From Candidatus Bathyarchaeota archaeon (GTDB lineage Archaea > Thermoproteota > Bathyarchaeia > Bathyarchaeales > Bathycorpusculaceae): 64,000 nucleotides of DNA. Below, in pieces: positions 50,293 through 62,100 of this stretch (the stretch's first letter is position 1; the number at the start of each line of letters is the position of its first letter). Where the stretch lies: NCBI GenBank assembly GCA_963826715.1, contig CAWGYA010000008.1, forward strand, positions 1-64,000, in the 5' to 3' direction. The translations under genes and the position numbers were made by a program. Below the pieces are notes generated by a model. It did no database searches, was not told the origin of the DNA, and saw only the letters and a list, made by a program, of their open reading frames with translations.

Positions 50293-53200
50293 ATGAGAAA
50301 CAAAAACAAACATTTCAAAATCATCGGAAGCTCAATATTATTATTTCTGCTCATAGCTCTTCTAACGACGACACTATCGCCCAATATAACAACAGCACAA
50401 GTCTGGGATGAGCCCGTACCAAACTATTTCGGACCATATCCTAACTTTGCAACAAGCCAACTTCCCACAGTCACAAGAGACCCGACAACCGGAGAAGTCC
50501 TCTCAGCCGATGGAGGAATACGAAAATTCATTGACTCTCTGCCACTTCTCGGACCAGAAGGCACCAACAACTTAAACCAATATCTACCTGTCGCAATTTC
50601 TGACACAACAACCTATCCAGGCTGCGATTACTATGAAATAGCTCTAGTAGAATTCACCCAAAAAATGCACACAGACATAGCTCCAACCACACTTCGGGGA
50701 TATGTTCAGCTTGAAACGTCCGCAAACTATGAACAAAGTCAACATTATCCTCTATCGTATCCTGACGGATCACCGATTCTGAAGGCCGATAACACCCAAG
50801 CAATCTGTGTTGACCAACCACGCTATTTGGGTCCGTTTATAGTGGCCCAAAAAGACATGCCTGTACGCATCAAATTCACTAACTTCCTACCAACTGGCGA
50901 AGCGGGCGACCTATTCCTACCAGTCGACACAACTGTTATGGGATCAGGCATGGGATCCATCCCAATGCAGAACCCAGACGGCAGCCCGATGCGCAATCCC
51001 GATGGAATGATCATGTATGAGTCATACACCGAAAACCGTGCTACTCTTCACCTTCACGGCGGCAATACCCCCTGGATTAGCGACGGAACGCCACACCAAT
51101 GGATAACTCCTTCTGGAGAAGACACTGTATACCCGAAAGGCGTCAGCGTACAATATGTGCCTGACATGTGGTTTGTCGACGGAGAAGTAATTCCAAACAC
51201 CATAGGACAAACAACGCCGCCAGTTGCAGGAGCATCCAACAATCCAGGCGGCGATTCAATGACTTTCTACTACACAAACCAACAAAGCGCCAGACTACTC
51301 TTCTACCATGACCATGCATACGGCATTACCCGCCTAAACGTCTATGCAGGAGAAGCCGCAGGCTACATCATCCGAGACCAAGTTGAGCAGGCACTAATCA
51401 GCCAAGGCCTAATTCCACAAGATGAAATCCCACTTGTCCTACAAGACAAAACATTCGTCCCAGACACAACCACACCAATCACAAACATGTGGGGAACCTT
51501 CGATTCACAAATTGCCTTCCAAGACCCAACATGGAATACTCTACGTTGGGGCGATACGGGCAGTCTCTGGTACCCACACGTCTACATGACTATGCAGAAC
51601 CCAGGCGACACATCAGGAATGAACACATTCGGACGATGGCATTATGCACCATGGTTCTGGCCACCCTACACGCCGGAACATCCACCAGTTGCTAACCCCT
51701 ATATGGGACAAGTGCACCATGGCATAACTGAACCAGCACTAATACCAGGAGTACCAAACGTATCTGCTCCAGGTGAAGCATTCCTAGACACACCGGTGAT
51801 AAACGGAGTTGCCTACCCATACCTCGATGTGAAACCCCAAGCTTACAGATTCCGCATCCTAAACGCCGCTGATGACAGAGGATGGAACCTACAATTTTAC
51901 GTTGCCGACAGCACAGTAACTACCATAGACGGAAGAAACAACACAGAAGTCAGAATGGTCCCAGCAGTCCCAACCCCAGGATTTCCAGACACTTGGCCAA
52001 CCGACGGAAGAGACGGCGGAGTACCAGATCCCACAACCGCAGGTCCAGCATTTATACAGATAGGAAACGAAGCAGGCTTACTACCCACACCAGCAGTCCT
52101 TGAAAACAAACCGGTTAACTGGAACTGGGACATGGGAACCTTTGACTTTGGAAACATTAATCAAAACACATTAGCCCTAGCAGCAGCCGAACGTGCAGAC
52201 GTTATCGTTGACTTCTCACAATTCGCAGGTCAAACCCTAATTCTATACAATGACAACCCTGCACCAAACCCAGCGCCAGACCCACGACTTGACTACTACA
52301 CTGACAATCCAGATCAAACAGACAGCGGCGGAGCACCTTCAACCATCGCTGGTTACGGTCCAAACACAAGAACCATAATGCAAATCCGTGTTGCAGACAC
52401 AACACCTGCCACCGAATATAATACAACTACCCTTAACAACGCATTTGCATCAACATCCACAACTGAAGGTGCATACGCAGCAGCACAGCGAGCCCCCATT
52501 GTACCTCAAGCAGCGTACACTTCAGCATTCAACCAGACATTCTCAGACGTCTACGGCACAATATATGATAACTCACTAATCTTCACACCGATAAATGCAA
52601 CCGATCCGGTAACTATGTCATTTCAAGCAAAATCAATCCATGATGAAATGGGTGGAACCTACGACGTCGAATACGGAAGAATGCAGGTCCAACTTGGTGT
52701 TGAGCAAACAAAATCAACCCCACTAACTCAGACAACCATTCTATACGGCTTTGCTGATCCTTCAACAGAGATTATAGTTCCAGGCATAGAAGCGGCACCA
52801 ATTGGCTCACTAAGTGACGGTACTCAAATCTGGCGAATCACACACAACGGAGTAGATCAGCATCCAATGCACTGGCACATGTACGATGTCCAACTCATTA
52901 ACAGAGTTGCTTGGGACAACAACATAAGACCTCCAGATCCCAATGAGTTAGGATGGAAAGATACCATCAGAGTCAACCCACTACAGGACACATACATCGC
53001 TCTAAGACCTATCGTTCCAGACCTGCCCTTCGACTTACCCAATAGCGTTCGCCTCTTAGACCCAACAATGCCAGAAGGAGAGGTCCTAAAAACAACAGGA
53101 TTCATCATGGACCCAACCGGACAAGCAATAACCCTAACCAACCACGTAGTTAACTTCGGATGGGAATATGTCTGGCACTGCCACATACTTGCACATGAAG

Positions 53201-54405
53201 AAATGGATGCAATGCGAGCAGTCTCAGTAGCAGTTCCACCAGTAGCACCAACCAACCTCATCATAACACCCACAGAAAGTGGAATTTCACTAACTTGGAC
53301 AGACAACTCACTTGGAGAAACAGGCTTTACGATTCAACGCTCTGAAGACAGCCAATTCACAACAGGCTTAACAAGTTTCACTGTCGCACAGAACTCTAGT
53401 AACTATATCGATAACTCCACAGTGACAGATACAACCTATTACTATCGGGTAATAGCCAACAACCTAGTCGGAGACACATTTGACTATACAATCACCAACC
53501 CAAACGCAAAAGGTTTCCAAACCGTAATGGTTAACTCAACAGCTTCTAACACAGCATCAACAGATCAATTATACAATATTATTAGAGGTCCAAACGATGA
53601 AATCCTCTACAGCACCTACAACTTTGACACCGCCCAATGGAGCGACCTAATGGCTCTACCAAGTGGGGCAACAATTGACACCCCAACTGCAACAACAATA
53701 GGTGGACAACTATACATAGCTGTACGTGGAACCGATGGAAGCAGCATATGGTTTTCCAGCGTCAACATAGCAGACAACTCATTCTCCGGCTGGACAAACA
53801 TCCCCGGCGGAACACCTTCAGCGCCAACACTAACAACAAACGGACAAACACTCACACTAGTAGTACGAGGCTTCAACAACCTAATCTACTATAAGACATA
53901 TGATCCTATGACAACAACTTGGAGTAACTGGAGCAGTGTTGCCAATGCAGCTACAAGCGACAAAATAGCAGCCGCAATGATCAACGACACAATGCACCTT
54001 ATTGTAAAAGGCATGACGCCCAATGCAAACTTACTCTGGTACGCATCTGTTAACATCTCAAGCAACACAGTGTCGACATGGACCTTAGTTCAAGGAACAT
54101 CGCCATCTGCAGCATCACTCACGGCAGATCAAGCAACAAATCGACTCTTCCTTGTTGCTAGAGGTGAAAGTAATGCCATTTGGGTAAATCAAAGGGTCTC
54201 TTCAACTTGGCAAGGTTGGACTCTTGTGCCATCAGGCGAAACTAACCTTAGCCCAACAGCGGCATTAGTAAATAACCAACTACACATTGCGGTTCTAGGA
54301 ATAAACAACCTCTGGCACAACTCTATGAATACAACAACAGATACCTTCTCTGGTTGGACAGCAATGAGTGGTTCAACAACATCAACTCCAACCCTAACAG
54401 CGTAA
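50293..54405 (+). CDS. Secreted multicopper oxidase with FN3 domain and C-terminal six-bladed lectin-like (PLL/DUF346-type) beta-propeller
   Basis: All four Cu motifs: HLHG, FYHDH, HPMHWH and HCHILAHEEMDAM. FN3 (LTWTDN...GFTIQRS...YYYRVIA). Six repeats of L.vRG.dn.iw.....W.gW. Confidence 0.9.
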   Translation: MRNKNKHFKIIGSSILLFLLIALLTTTLSPNITTAQVWDEPVPNYFGPYPNFATSQLPTVTRDPTTGEVLSADGGIRKFIDSLPLLGPEGTNNLNQYLPVAISDTTTYPGCDYYEIALVEFTQKMHTDIAPTTLRGYVQLETSANYEQSQHYPLSYPDGSPILKADNTQAICVDQPRYLGPFIVAQKDMPVRIKFTNFLPTGEAGDLFLPVDTTVMGSGMGSIPMQNPDGSPMRNPDGMIMYESYTENRATLHLHGGNTPWISDGTPHQWITPSGEDTVYPKGVSVQYVPDMWFVDGEVIPNTIGQTTPPVAGASNNPGGDSMTFYYTNQQSARLLFYHDHAYGITRLNVYAGEAAGYIIRDQVEQALISQGLIPQDEIPLVLQDKTFVPDTTTPITNMWGTFDSQIAFQDPTWNTLRWGDTGSLWYPHVYMTMQNPGDTSGMNTFGRWHYAPWFWPPYTPEHPPVANPYMGQVHHGITEPALIPGVPNVSAPGEAFLDTPVINGVAYPYLDVKPQAYRFRILNAADDRGWNLQFYVADSTVTTIDGRNNTEVRMVPAVPTPGFPDTWPTDGRDGGVPDPTTAGPAFIQIGNEAGLLPTPAVLENKPVNWNWDMGTFDFGNINQNTLALAAAERADVIVDFSQFAGQTLILYNDNPAPNPAPDPRLDYYTDNPDQTDSGGAPSTIAGYGPNTRTIMQIRVADTTPATEYNTTTLNNAFASTSTTEGAYAAAQRAPIVPQAAYTSAFNQTFSDVYGTIYDNSLIFTPINATDPVTMSFQAKSIHDEMGGTYDVEYGRMQVQLGVEQTKSTPLTQTTILYGFADPSTEIIVPGIEAAPIGSLSDGTQIWRITHNGVDQHPMHWHMYDVQLINRVAWDNNIRPPDPNELGWKDTIRVNPLQDTYIALRPIVPDLPFDLPNSVRLLDPTMPEGEVLKTTGFIMDPTGQAITLTNHVVNFGWEYVWHCHILAHEEMDAMRAVSVAVPPVAPTNLIITPTESGISLTWTDNSLGETGFTIQRSEDSQFTTGLTSFTVAQNSSNYIDNSTVTDTTYYYRVIANNLVGDTFDYTITNPNAKGFQTVMVNSTASNTASTDQLYNIIRGPNDEILYSTYNFDTAQWSDLMALPSGATIDTPTATTIGGQLYIAVRGTDGSSIWFSSVNIADNSFSGWTNIPGGTPSAPTLTTNGQTLTLVVRGFNNLIYYKTYDPMTTTWSNWSSVANAATSDKIAAAMINDTMHLIVKGMTPNANLLWYASVNISSNTVSTWTLVQGTSPSAASLTADQATNRLFLVARGESNAIWVNQRVSSTWQGWTLVPSGETNLSPTAALVNNQLHIAVLGINNLWHNSMNTTTDTFSGWTAMSGSTTSTPTLTA

Positions 54406-54580
54406 ACAAACAACACCATTCTCTTTTTTTTATTTTGAACCAACAAAAATTAGCAATTATTGCTCGTTCTTTACCATTCCAAACTTAAAACATCTTGGAT
54501 CTTCTTGTTATGCAACACAACAATTTGTTATTCATTGCTTACCGGAGTCTTTCTATGGCATACAAAAGATATGCATTATT

Positions 54581-55371
54581 TTAATAAGGAAAAAGAATTG
54601 GAAAAATAAATCTACTACCCAACCGAACTGATTTAATCTGCAACTTAATCCACAAAACCCGCCGCTCTAAGGAAAAAGCCTCAACTGAAAAGGCAACAAC
54701 CCCCAAAAATACAAAAAGCAGATAAACAAAGGGCAAAAGCGGATAAGCTAAGTTTGAAAAACTTAATTCCACATTATTCCAGTGAAAAGCCACATCAGAG
54801 AGATTAACCTTAAGATTCAACGCTATAGGTACTTTAACTATAATTAGGGTTATTAACTCTAAAAACAAAACCCAAATTCCTCCTCCAAATAGTAAACGAA
54901 TAAACAAACTAATTTTTGATATTCGAAAAAGAATTCTCGAAAAAATAAAACACACTATAAATAGCAAAAAGCTGATCAAAACAAACGAGGCTAAACTCAC
55001 TAAGCCAAAAATAACCATAAAAATCCAGACAGTAACAGAAAAAGAACCAATGTAGGTAACTATACGAGAATAAAGACTGATACAGTTGCCTTTTAACCGA
55101 TAGAACGCAAAAACCAAAATCGCAAATAATGCAAGACCCCAAAACGCCTTGTCCCAGGTGGGAGAAAAAAGCTACTGCTCACAGATTGCTCTATCATACC
55201 ACGATCCATAAGAGTAAAAAACCGAACATCCAAAAAGTTACCCAAATAAATCATCGAAAAGACCAAAGATACACCAAAAGAAAGATAGACTAACCAAATA
55301 GACCAGTTACGTAGGGATTGTATCCAGCCCATAATTAATTTACCCAATCTTAAGTTACCGCCAATTAGCAT
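54581..55371 (-). pseudogene. Truncated 5' paralog (copy B) of the GT-C-like gene at 47975..49980
   Basis: WSIWLVY...NFLDV.FF...RGM.E.S and HWNNVELS..NL.YPLLP match copy A. Frameshift in the run near 55165; ends before the putative catalytic half. Confidence 0.8.
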
Positions 55372-55585
55372 TGTCTCTTTACAATATGGTCAAACCATCT
55401 ATGAAAGATGACCCCTAAATAAACTTCATTAAAACTTGAGCATCTTTGAACCTAAATATGTAATGAGTTACAAAGAAAAAGCAAAGGGTACCAATTTGCT
55501 CTGGAAGTCTTGACAAAATTTAAGGGCAATTCAAATATCGAAATTTATTTCTGAAAGGTTAAATATTAGACTGCTCTAGTCCCCA

Positions 55586-56107
55586 TTGGTAATATCTTTG
55601 AAAAGTAAGATGCTAATTTTGGTTACAGCAGTTTTATTGACGACTATTTTACTCTCATCTTACAGTGCATTCGCTGCAGCAGCACATCAACCACAAAAAC
55701 ACTATGATAGCTTCACATTAACGGCAAGTGGCCGAGCACACAATGAGCAAGGTAAAATAGTTAATGTAGAACTTACAATTGAAGGAAAAACAAACGGAAT
55801 AATAAGAACGGTATTCCACGTAAAAACACAAGGCGGAGACGCAACTGTAACTGGTTATCAAACGATATCTGCAACCAAAGGTTACGGCATAATTATTAAT
55901 AAAAACCACTTTGCACAGTTCTACATATTGATGAGCGCACAGTATTACGGAGGAAGCAGCACTTTGTGGATGCTTAAAGGACACACAGGAACTCTAAGAG
56001 ATGATACACTCCCAGTATCCTTAGAATCTAGAAGAGTTGTCCTTCCAATAGACGGTTATCCAAGATTAACACATTTAAAATTGCGGGGCACAATAACCTT
56101 CAGCTAA
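55586..56107 (+). CDS. Secreted hypothetical protein
   Basis: Signal peptide (...SAFAAAA) followed by a basic beta-rich domain. Confidence 0.7.
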   Translation: MVISLKSKMLILVTAVLLTTILLSSYSAFAAAAHQPQKHYDSFTLTASGRAHNEQGKIVNVELTIEGKTNGIIRTVFHVKTQGGDATVTGYQTISATKGYGIIINKNHFAQFYILMSAQYYGGSSTLWMLKGHTGTLRDDTLPVSLESRRVVLPIDGYPRLTHLKLRGTITFS

Positions 56108-56166
56108 AACACATCAACCTCGATTTTTTATTAATCTTCTCAAACCCTGATTTTGCCAATTGTGGA

Positions 56167-58078
56167 TCATAATAGATGTAGAGGCGCTCCTTCAACTGAA
56201 CGCAAAGAATAATTTAGCATAATTAAGAAAATTAACAACAAGCCAACCACCTTACAGGCCAAATATACCTTGTTATTTTTGAGAATATATTTTTTCTCAA
56301 CAACTTCGAAGACCCAAAATATCCCCAAAACAGCCAAAATCTGCACAGGAATTACATACAGTAGGCGATAAAGCAGGTAGTCCTCCGAAACAAAAAATAA
56401 AGCTAAGGAAGGAACAGCAACCCAAAGCAACATCAATCTATTGAATTTGCTAGCAAACAAAATAATCGCAAACATTCCCATGATAGCCAGAAGTATAAGC
56501 AATGAATTTGCGTAAACTCCACCAACCCACATCTCGACTATAGTTTTCAAACCTTCAGGTAAATTCATTATATTAGGTAAAGCAAGATTTCTTCCAGCAA
56601 ATGAAACACCGCTAGTCACCGATTTTCCAAAAGGCAATATTGAATAGAGTCCATATGCTGCAAAGTTTAAAATTAAGACAAAAAACAATTGAAAAATATG
56701 TTTATATCCGTTGTTCCCGGGAGTCTTAAGTATTGTTAATAATTCCCAGAGTAAGTAAGCAAACAATACACCTATGATAACATCCCAAGTGTAGGGATGC
56801 GTGAAGAGCAAAGCCACCCCAAAAAATGCAGCGGTTATTACATAAGCCCATGAATTGTTTTTACTGCTTTTTAAAATCAACCCGAAAAAAATAAAAGCCC
56901 AAGTTAGAGCTAACCAATTGGAAACACTGTAAGCGTAGATTCCAACTGTTGTCTGAAAACCAAGAACCGTGAAGAGAGCTGAAGCTAACGCCAAGACATC
57001 ATTATTTAGACCTACTCTTACAAACCAAAAGACAGCTAAACTTAGAGTTACACAACAAATAACTGGCATAACCTTGACAATGGTATCAGAAGATAACGCA
57101 AAAGAATGCTGAATAAAAAACATTAACAGGTTAGATAATGGTCTATCTGTCTGTAAAGCAATCCATGGACCTTTCTCACTCATGTCTTCCATCCAAATAT
57201 AGTAAATAGCAGAGTCAGAACCTACAAGTGAAAATCCTGAAGTAGTAAGCAAAGGATAACAAGAAACAAAAACGCCAATTCCAAAAATAACGAGCAGACA
57301 GAGAATTAATGTTTTGGTGTTTAATCGAACAAAACTAAAATTAATAGATAATTGCTCCCAATTGAAAGTGGTTTTTAATGCTTTTACATTATTAATTACT
57401 TTCTTGGTTAATGGGATCCAAAGCCAGCTTAAGAGTAGAGCAATAAACAAGCAAGGAACCAATGGATAAAAGACATTGAAAAAATGCAAATCAATCAAAG
57501 CATATCTCCAATGTGAAATATCAACAAAGGGAAAACTATAATCAAATATGTTCCAAAACCAAGTAGCCAGCAGAAGCAAAACTAAAAACTAAAAAGACAG
57601 ACACCAGACCCAACAATAAAAAGAAAAAAGCATTTTCCCTTCTCATAGCGGTGTTAAATCCTAAATATCCCCATAGCCCAATTATAATAATTCCAAGAGG
57701 GAAACCAACCAACAAAACGAAACTAGCATCGAATAATGAAAATAAAAATACTGCTAAACCAGCAAAGCAACAGTAATTAAACCATGAAGGTAGATGCTTA
57801 TTTCTTAAATTAGAAAATAATGCTAAAAGCAAAATGAAAAGAAACGATAAGGCCCAAATTAACCAATCAAGTGAACTTCCGAAGATGGAGATATTAACTA
57901 TTTTGGGTGAATAAAAGTAATAAAATTTTATCGAAAAGACATTGGCGAATTTAATAAACCCGAAGAAGAGATAGATCACTGAAAGAGCGATTATAATGAT
58001 GGATTTTATCGATAGATCATGAAGATCCTGACCAATTTTTTTTACAGAATTATCTTGCCTTTTAAGAGAAGAGGGCAT
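56167..58078 (-). CDS. Polytopic GT-C-like membrane protein (copy C), one frameshift near 57580
   Basis: ORFs 57542..58078 and 56167..57579 overlap by a one-base shift. VGSDSAIYYIW, TDRPL, THPYTW and LYRL match copy A motifs. Confidence 0.72.
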
Positions 58079-58122
58079 TTTTTAGCCAAGACCATTTTTT
58101 TTGCGTTATCAGCACTCATCAC

Positions 58123-58749
58123 TTATTCCTGTATAAAAACAGTAGTTTTAAGACCTTCATCGGGCATGAAATCATACACACTATATATTACCTGACCATT
58201 TTCAAACCTATCATACGTTGAATAAATACTCCATTCAACTTTTGTTGCAGCACCCAATTCATCTAAATTGGTCGTTATCGTAAATTTGTTGCCATCTACA
58301 ATAAATTGACCTATGTCAGTAGCATTCGTTTCAACATTTTGGACTAAACAAAACAACCCAGTGGAATTGACGTCAACAATAAAATCATAGGTTTGCAAGA
58401 CATCATCTTCATTTTCAAGAACCGTTATGACATCAAATTGTGCTGCTTCTTGACTACCAAGCGTCTTTATAGGATCTTTAACGTGCACAGTGATCTCTAA
58501 AGTGCTCTGATTTTTTTCCAAAGATGCGCTCACTAGGTCAACTATTCCTTTGGAATTGGAAAATGCAGATTCATCCAAGTTACTTGGCAAAGGAACATTA
58601 ACTTGAAGGTCGTTCTCAGCTTCTTTAATTGCTGAATTAGACTCCGGAAAATAACTATTCAAAACTAGCACGCCAACAGCAACAATAAGCACTACCAACA
58701 AAATTACTATTACCAGTTTAAATCTTCCAACCTTAAAAAACAATGACAT
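58123..58749 (-). CDS. Membrane-anchored exported acidic protein
   Basis: N-terminal TM helix and a beta-rich domain (DLVSASL...YDFMPD). Confidence 0.75.
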   Translation of the reverse strand: MSLFFKVGRFKLVIVILLVVLIVAVGVLVLNSYFPESNSAIKEAENDLQVNVPLPSNLDESAFSNSKGIVDLVSASLEKNQSTLEITVHVKDPIKTLGSQEAAQFDVITVLENEDDVLQTYDFIVDVNSTGLFCLVQNVETNATDIGQFIVDGNKFTITTNLDELGAATKVEWSIYSTYDRFENGQVIYSVYDFMPDEGLKTTVFIQE

Positions 58750-58785
58750 ATATCAGAAGTAAAATAATTCGCTATTAAGCATTAT
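58657..58785. repeat. Direct repeat, copy 1 (promoter and 5' end of gene 58123..58749)
   Basis: Nearly identical to 62431-62557 (e.g. CACGCCAACAGCAACAATAA, TTACTATTACCAGTTTAAAT, AAAAACAATGACATATATCAGAA, TCGCTATTAAGCATTAT). Confidence 0.9.
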
Positions 58786-59159
58786 GTAGTCAAACCCTCA
58801 ACACATAAAACCAAATCTCACAATCACAACTAAACTAAATGAACAAAAAATGAAAAGTTCATCTGTACCCAAAGTTTCTTAGATGAAAACTGCTGCCAAA
58901 GTAATAAATGTATTAACATTTTTTCTAACGGTTCTCTTTAAATTTTGAGCATTTTTCTCTTATCTCTTGGGAGGAACTAATTCTAAATATTATCTTACTA
59001 TGAAGGCTTATTTTCTGAAGTTGTCGGCAAACAAAAATTTGGCTTTACTCTATTGAAACAAAGAATTCAAGAAAAATCCTTCGAATTTTGAAGGCAACCG
59101 TAAACGTGAGCTAATTCCTGAAAAAACAAAAAAAGAGGAAATGGGGTTTAGAGCGTTAA

Positions 59160-62100
59160 TTATGGTCCAATGTATGTTCTAGAAATTGTGCATTCATCTG
59201 CATAAATTTCCAAATTATTCTGGACCCCAGTTGCTGAAGAAAGACCAAAAATAGCAGAAGTTACTTCCCCGTAGGTTCCAGTGTTAAGACCAGTTATCTG
59301 CTGCACCCTAACTCCATTAATAAAGAGCTCAACTACACCGCCTGTGCTGCTTTGTTTCCAGTGAAGTTCAACACAATACCATTGCCCCGCAGATACTGAA
59401 GAAGAGCTAACATAGAAAGGCCCAACCCAACCTGATCCGCTTCTAGCATAAAGCACCCATTGGTCAACGCCATTGTTGTGCCTAATTCCAACTCCAGCTA
59501 AATACTGACTTCCAGCCATCAATTCGGTCAAGTAAAACCGATCACTGTTGTCTGCAAGAGGCAAACCGTTTGCCACATAAAAGTAAGCCCGAGCATAAAC
59601 TTCGGATTCACTTATAGTTTTATAAACGTATGCATCTTCAGTGTTACTTCCGCCATTTGACGTAAACTTGGCCGAATACAAACCAGAATCACGATTCAAT
59701 CTAACAACACTCGCAGATTCACCACTACTGATTTTTGTGTTAGTCCACTGGTTAAAACTCTGAGACTCAAAATTATCTGCGAAAACCACATTTGAGGGGG
59801 AAGGCGTAGAGGTAGGTGTAGGTGCAGGAGTTGGAGACAAAGTGGGCGATGGTCGAGGAGTAGGTGAAACGGTGGGTTTAGGAGTAGCAGATGGAGCAGG
59901 GGTTGGGGTGGGTGTGGAATAAGGTGGATCTTGACTTCCACTTTGTCCAATGTATGTTCTAGAAATTGTGCATTCATCTGCATAAATTTCCAAATTATTC
60001 TGGACCCCAGTTGCTGAAGAAAGACCAAAAATAGCAGAAGTTACTTCCCCGTAGGTTCCAGTGTTAAGACCAGTTATCTGCTGCACCCTAACTCCATTAA
60101 TAAAGAGCTCAACTACACCGCCTGTGCTGCTTTGTTTCCAGTGAAGTTCAACACAATACCATTGCCCCGCAGATACTGAAGAAGAGCTAACATAGAAAGG
60201 CCCAACCCAACCTGATCCGCTTCTAGCATAAAGCACCCATTGGTCAACACCATTGTTGTGCCTAATTCCAACTCCAGCTAAATACTGACTTCCAGCCATC
60301 AATTCGGTCAAGTAAAACCGATCACTGTTGTCTGCAAGAGGCAAACCGTTTGCCACATAAAAGTAAGCCCGAGCGTAAACTTCGGATTCACTTATAGTTT
60401 TATAAACGTATGCATCTTCAGTGTTACTTCCGCCATTTGACGTAAACTTGGCCGAATACAAACCAGAATCACGATTCAATCTAACAACACTCGCAGATTC
60501 ACCACTACTGATTTTTGTGTTAGTCCACTGGTTAAAACTCTGAGACTCAAAATTATCTGCGAAAACCACATTTGAGGGGGAAGGCGTAGAGGTAGGTGTA
60601 GGTGCAGGAGTTGGAGACAAAGTGGGCGATGGTCGAGGAGTAGGTGAAACGGTGGGTTTAGGAGTAGCAGATGGAGCAGGGGTTGGGGTGGGTGTGGAAT
60701 AAGGTGGATCTTGACTTCCACTTTGCAAAAGCATAACCGTGTAACCATTCAAACTTAACGTATTTTGAGCGTTGATTACCCCTGTTTGAAGCTGAGGTGT
60801 TTTCCAAGAAATGCTATTATCAATCTTGGAGAATGAAAGTTGTCCGGTTAAGCCGTGCAAGTTTACACTTCGAGCTTCATTGACCTGGCAAATTAAAAGA
60901 ACATTAATTTTATCCTGGTGCTGCCATGTAATTGCTCTGACATCATTTGAGGTACTTGAACTATCTAAAACATTATCGCCCACTGCAATATTTGAGCTAA
61001 ACATCTGTTGAGCAAAATATGGGTACCAAGGCTTAAGGTTATCATTATTGATCATCCCAAAACCAGCACCTCCAGAGGGCTTTATCTGTTGAGCTGAAGC
61101 GCTATCAGATAGATGGAAATAAACCCGATAATTGTAGTTATTTAGAACGAAAGTTCGAATGCACAAAGCATTATAAACCGCGCCAAGCATTTGCTGAATT
61201 CTCGGATCTGTTCCAGAAGAATATTGATAGTTCACATTGTCCTCAGATTTTATCACTTCAAGCTGAATACCTTTAGCATTTTTGTAAAGTTGCCTTGCGT
61301 TTTCAACGCCATAGTAACTTCTGGTTTCAACAATTCCCTTGGTTTCAGCTGCTTGAAGTATTTGAGCATCAGAGGTACTGCTTGTTCCAGTCGCATAGTC
61401 ATGGTAACTCAAAAAGTCAAGCCTTTCTCCATTAGAAATAAAGTAGTCCAAAACTCCTTTCATTGTTGAAGCATCATTGCCTAATTTTACATTAGGATTT
61501 ACGGCACGCATAGCTTTTGCGGCTGAATTATAAAGATCCATAAAATATCCCAGTTTAGGCTGAGCTGTGGGCCAACCATCATTTTTCCAGTATTGGAAAG
61601 GTTCATTTATTATTTCATAATACCGAACCTGCAAACCAGCCGATTTAAAATGCGCCGCCCACGCTGCGCAATATGCACCCCAACTAGCGCTATTGGGTAA
61701 TCCCGTCGTAGGATTTTTCGACATACCTTGCGGAGTCACTAAACTATTGCTTGCCCAACTGTAAAAGCCCAACACAATTAAAGGCTCTGCGCCGGAATCT
61801 AAAATCTTCTTAACCAAATCGTCAACGCTTGTCCAACTCCATGTACCGGTGCGCGTTGACTCCGACCAAGAGGTACAGGGCTCTATAAAATTATTGAAAA
61901 CTCGGACCATCTTGAAATTAGCTGACTCAGCAAGCTCTCTTAGCGAAGAACTTTGTCGCCAAAGACTGATTTCGCCTCCATCAAGTTGAAATCCTAGAGC
62001 TAAGGTATTTTGAGTTACTATCTTAGATGTATTCAGATTAATGTCAATGGGAGTTAAACCTGAAACTTGATTATTTGGTAAAAAAGTAATAAAAACTGAA

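Noticed and set aside
59795-59925. Short repetitive GGTGTAGG/GGAGTAG pattern, considered as a CRISPR or VNTR
   Set aside because: It encodes the Pro/Thr/Ser linker of the GH39-like protein; there is no repeat-spacer structure.
59165-60725. Repeat pair considered as a diversity-generating retroelement template/variable region
   Set aside because: Only two synonymous differences, both copies are in frame within one gene, and no reverse transcriptase is present.
981-61469. Many short ORFs in the track overlapping or antisense to longer genes (e.g. 981..1172, 8054..8299, 16721..17383, 21340..21753, 52857..53306, 59696..60028)
   Set aside because: Shadow frames of well-supported genes with no recognisable motifs; the strand-biased composition keeps alternative frames open.
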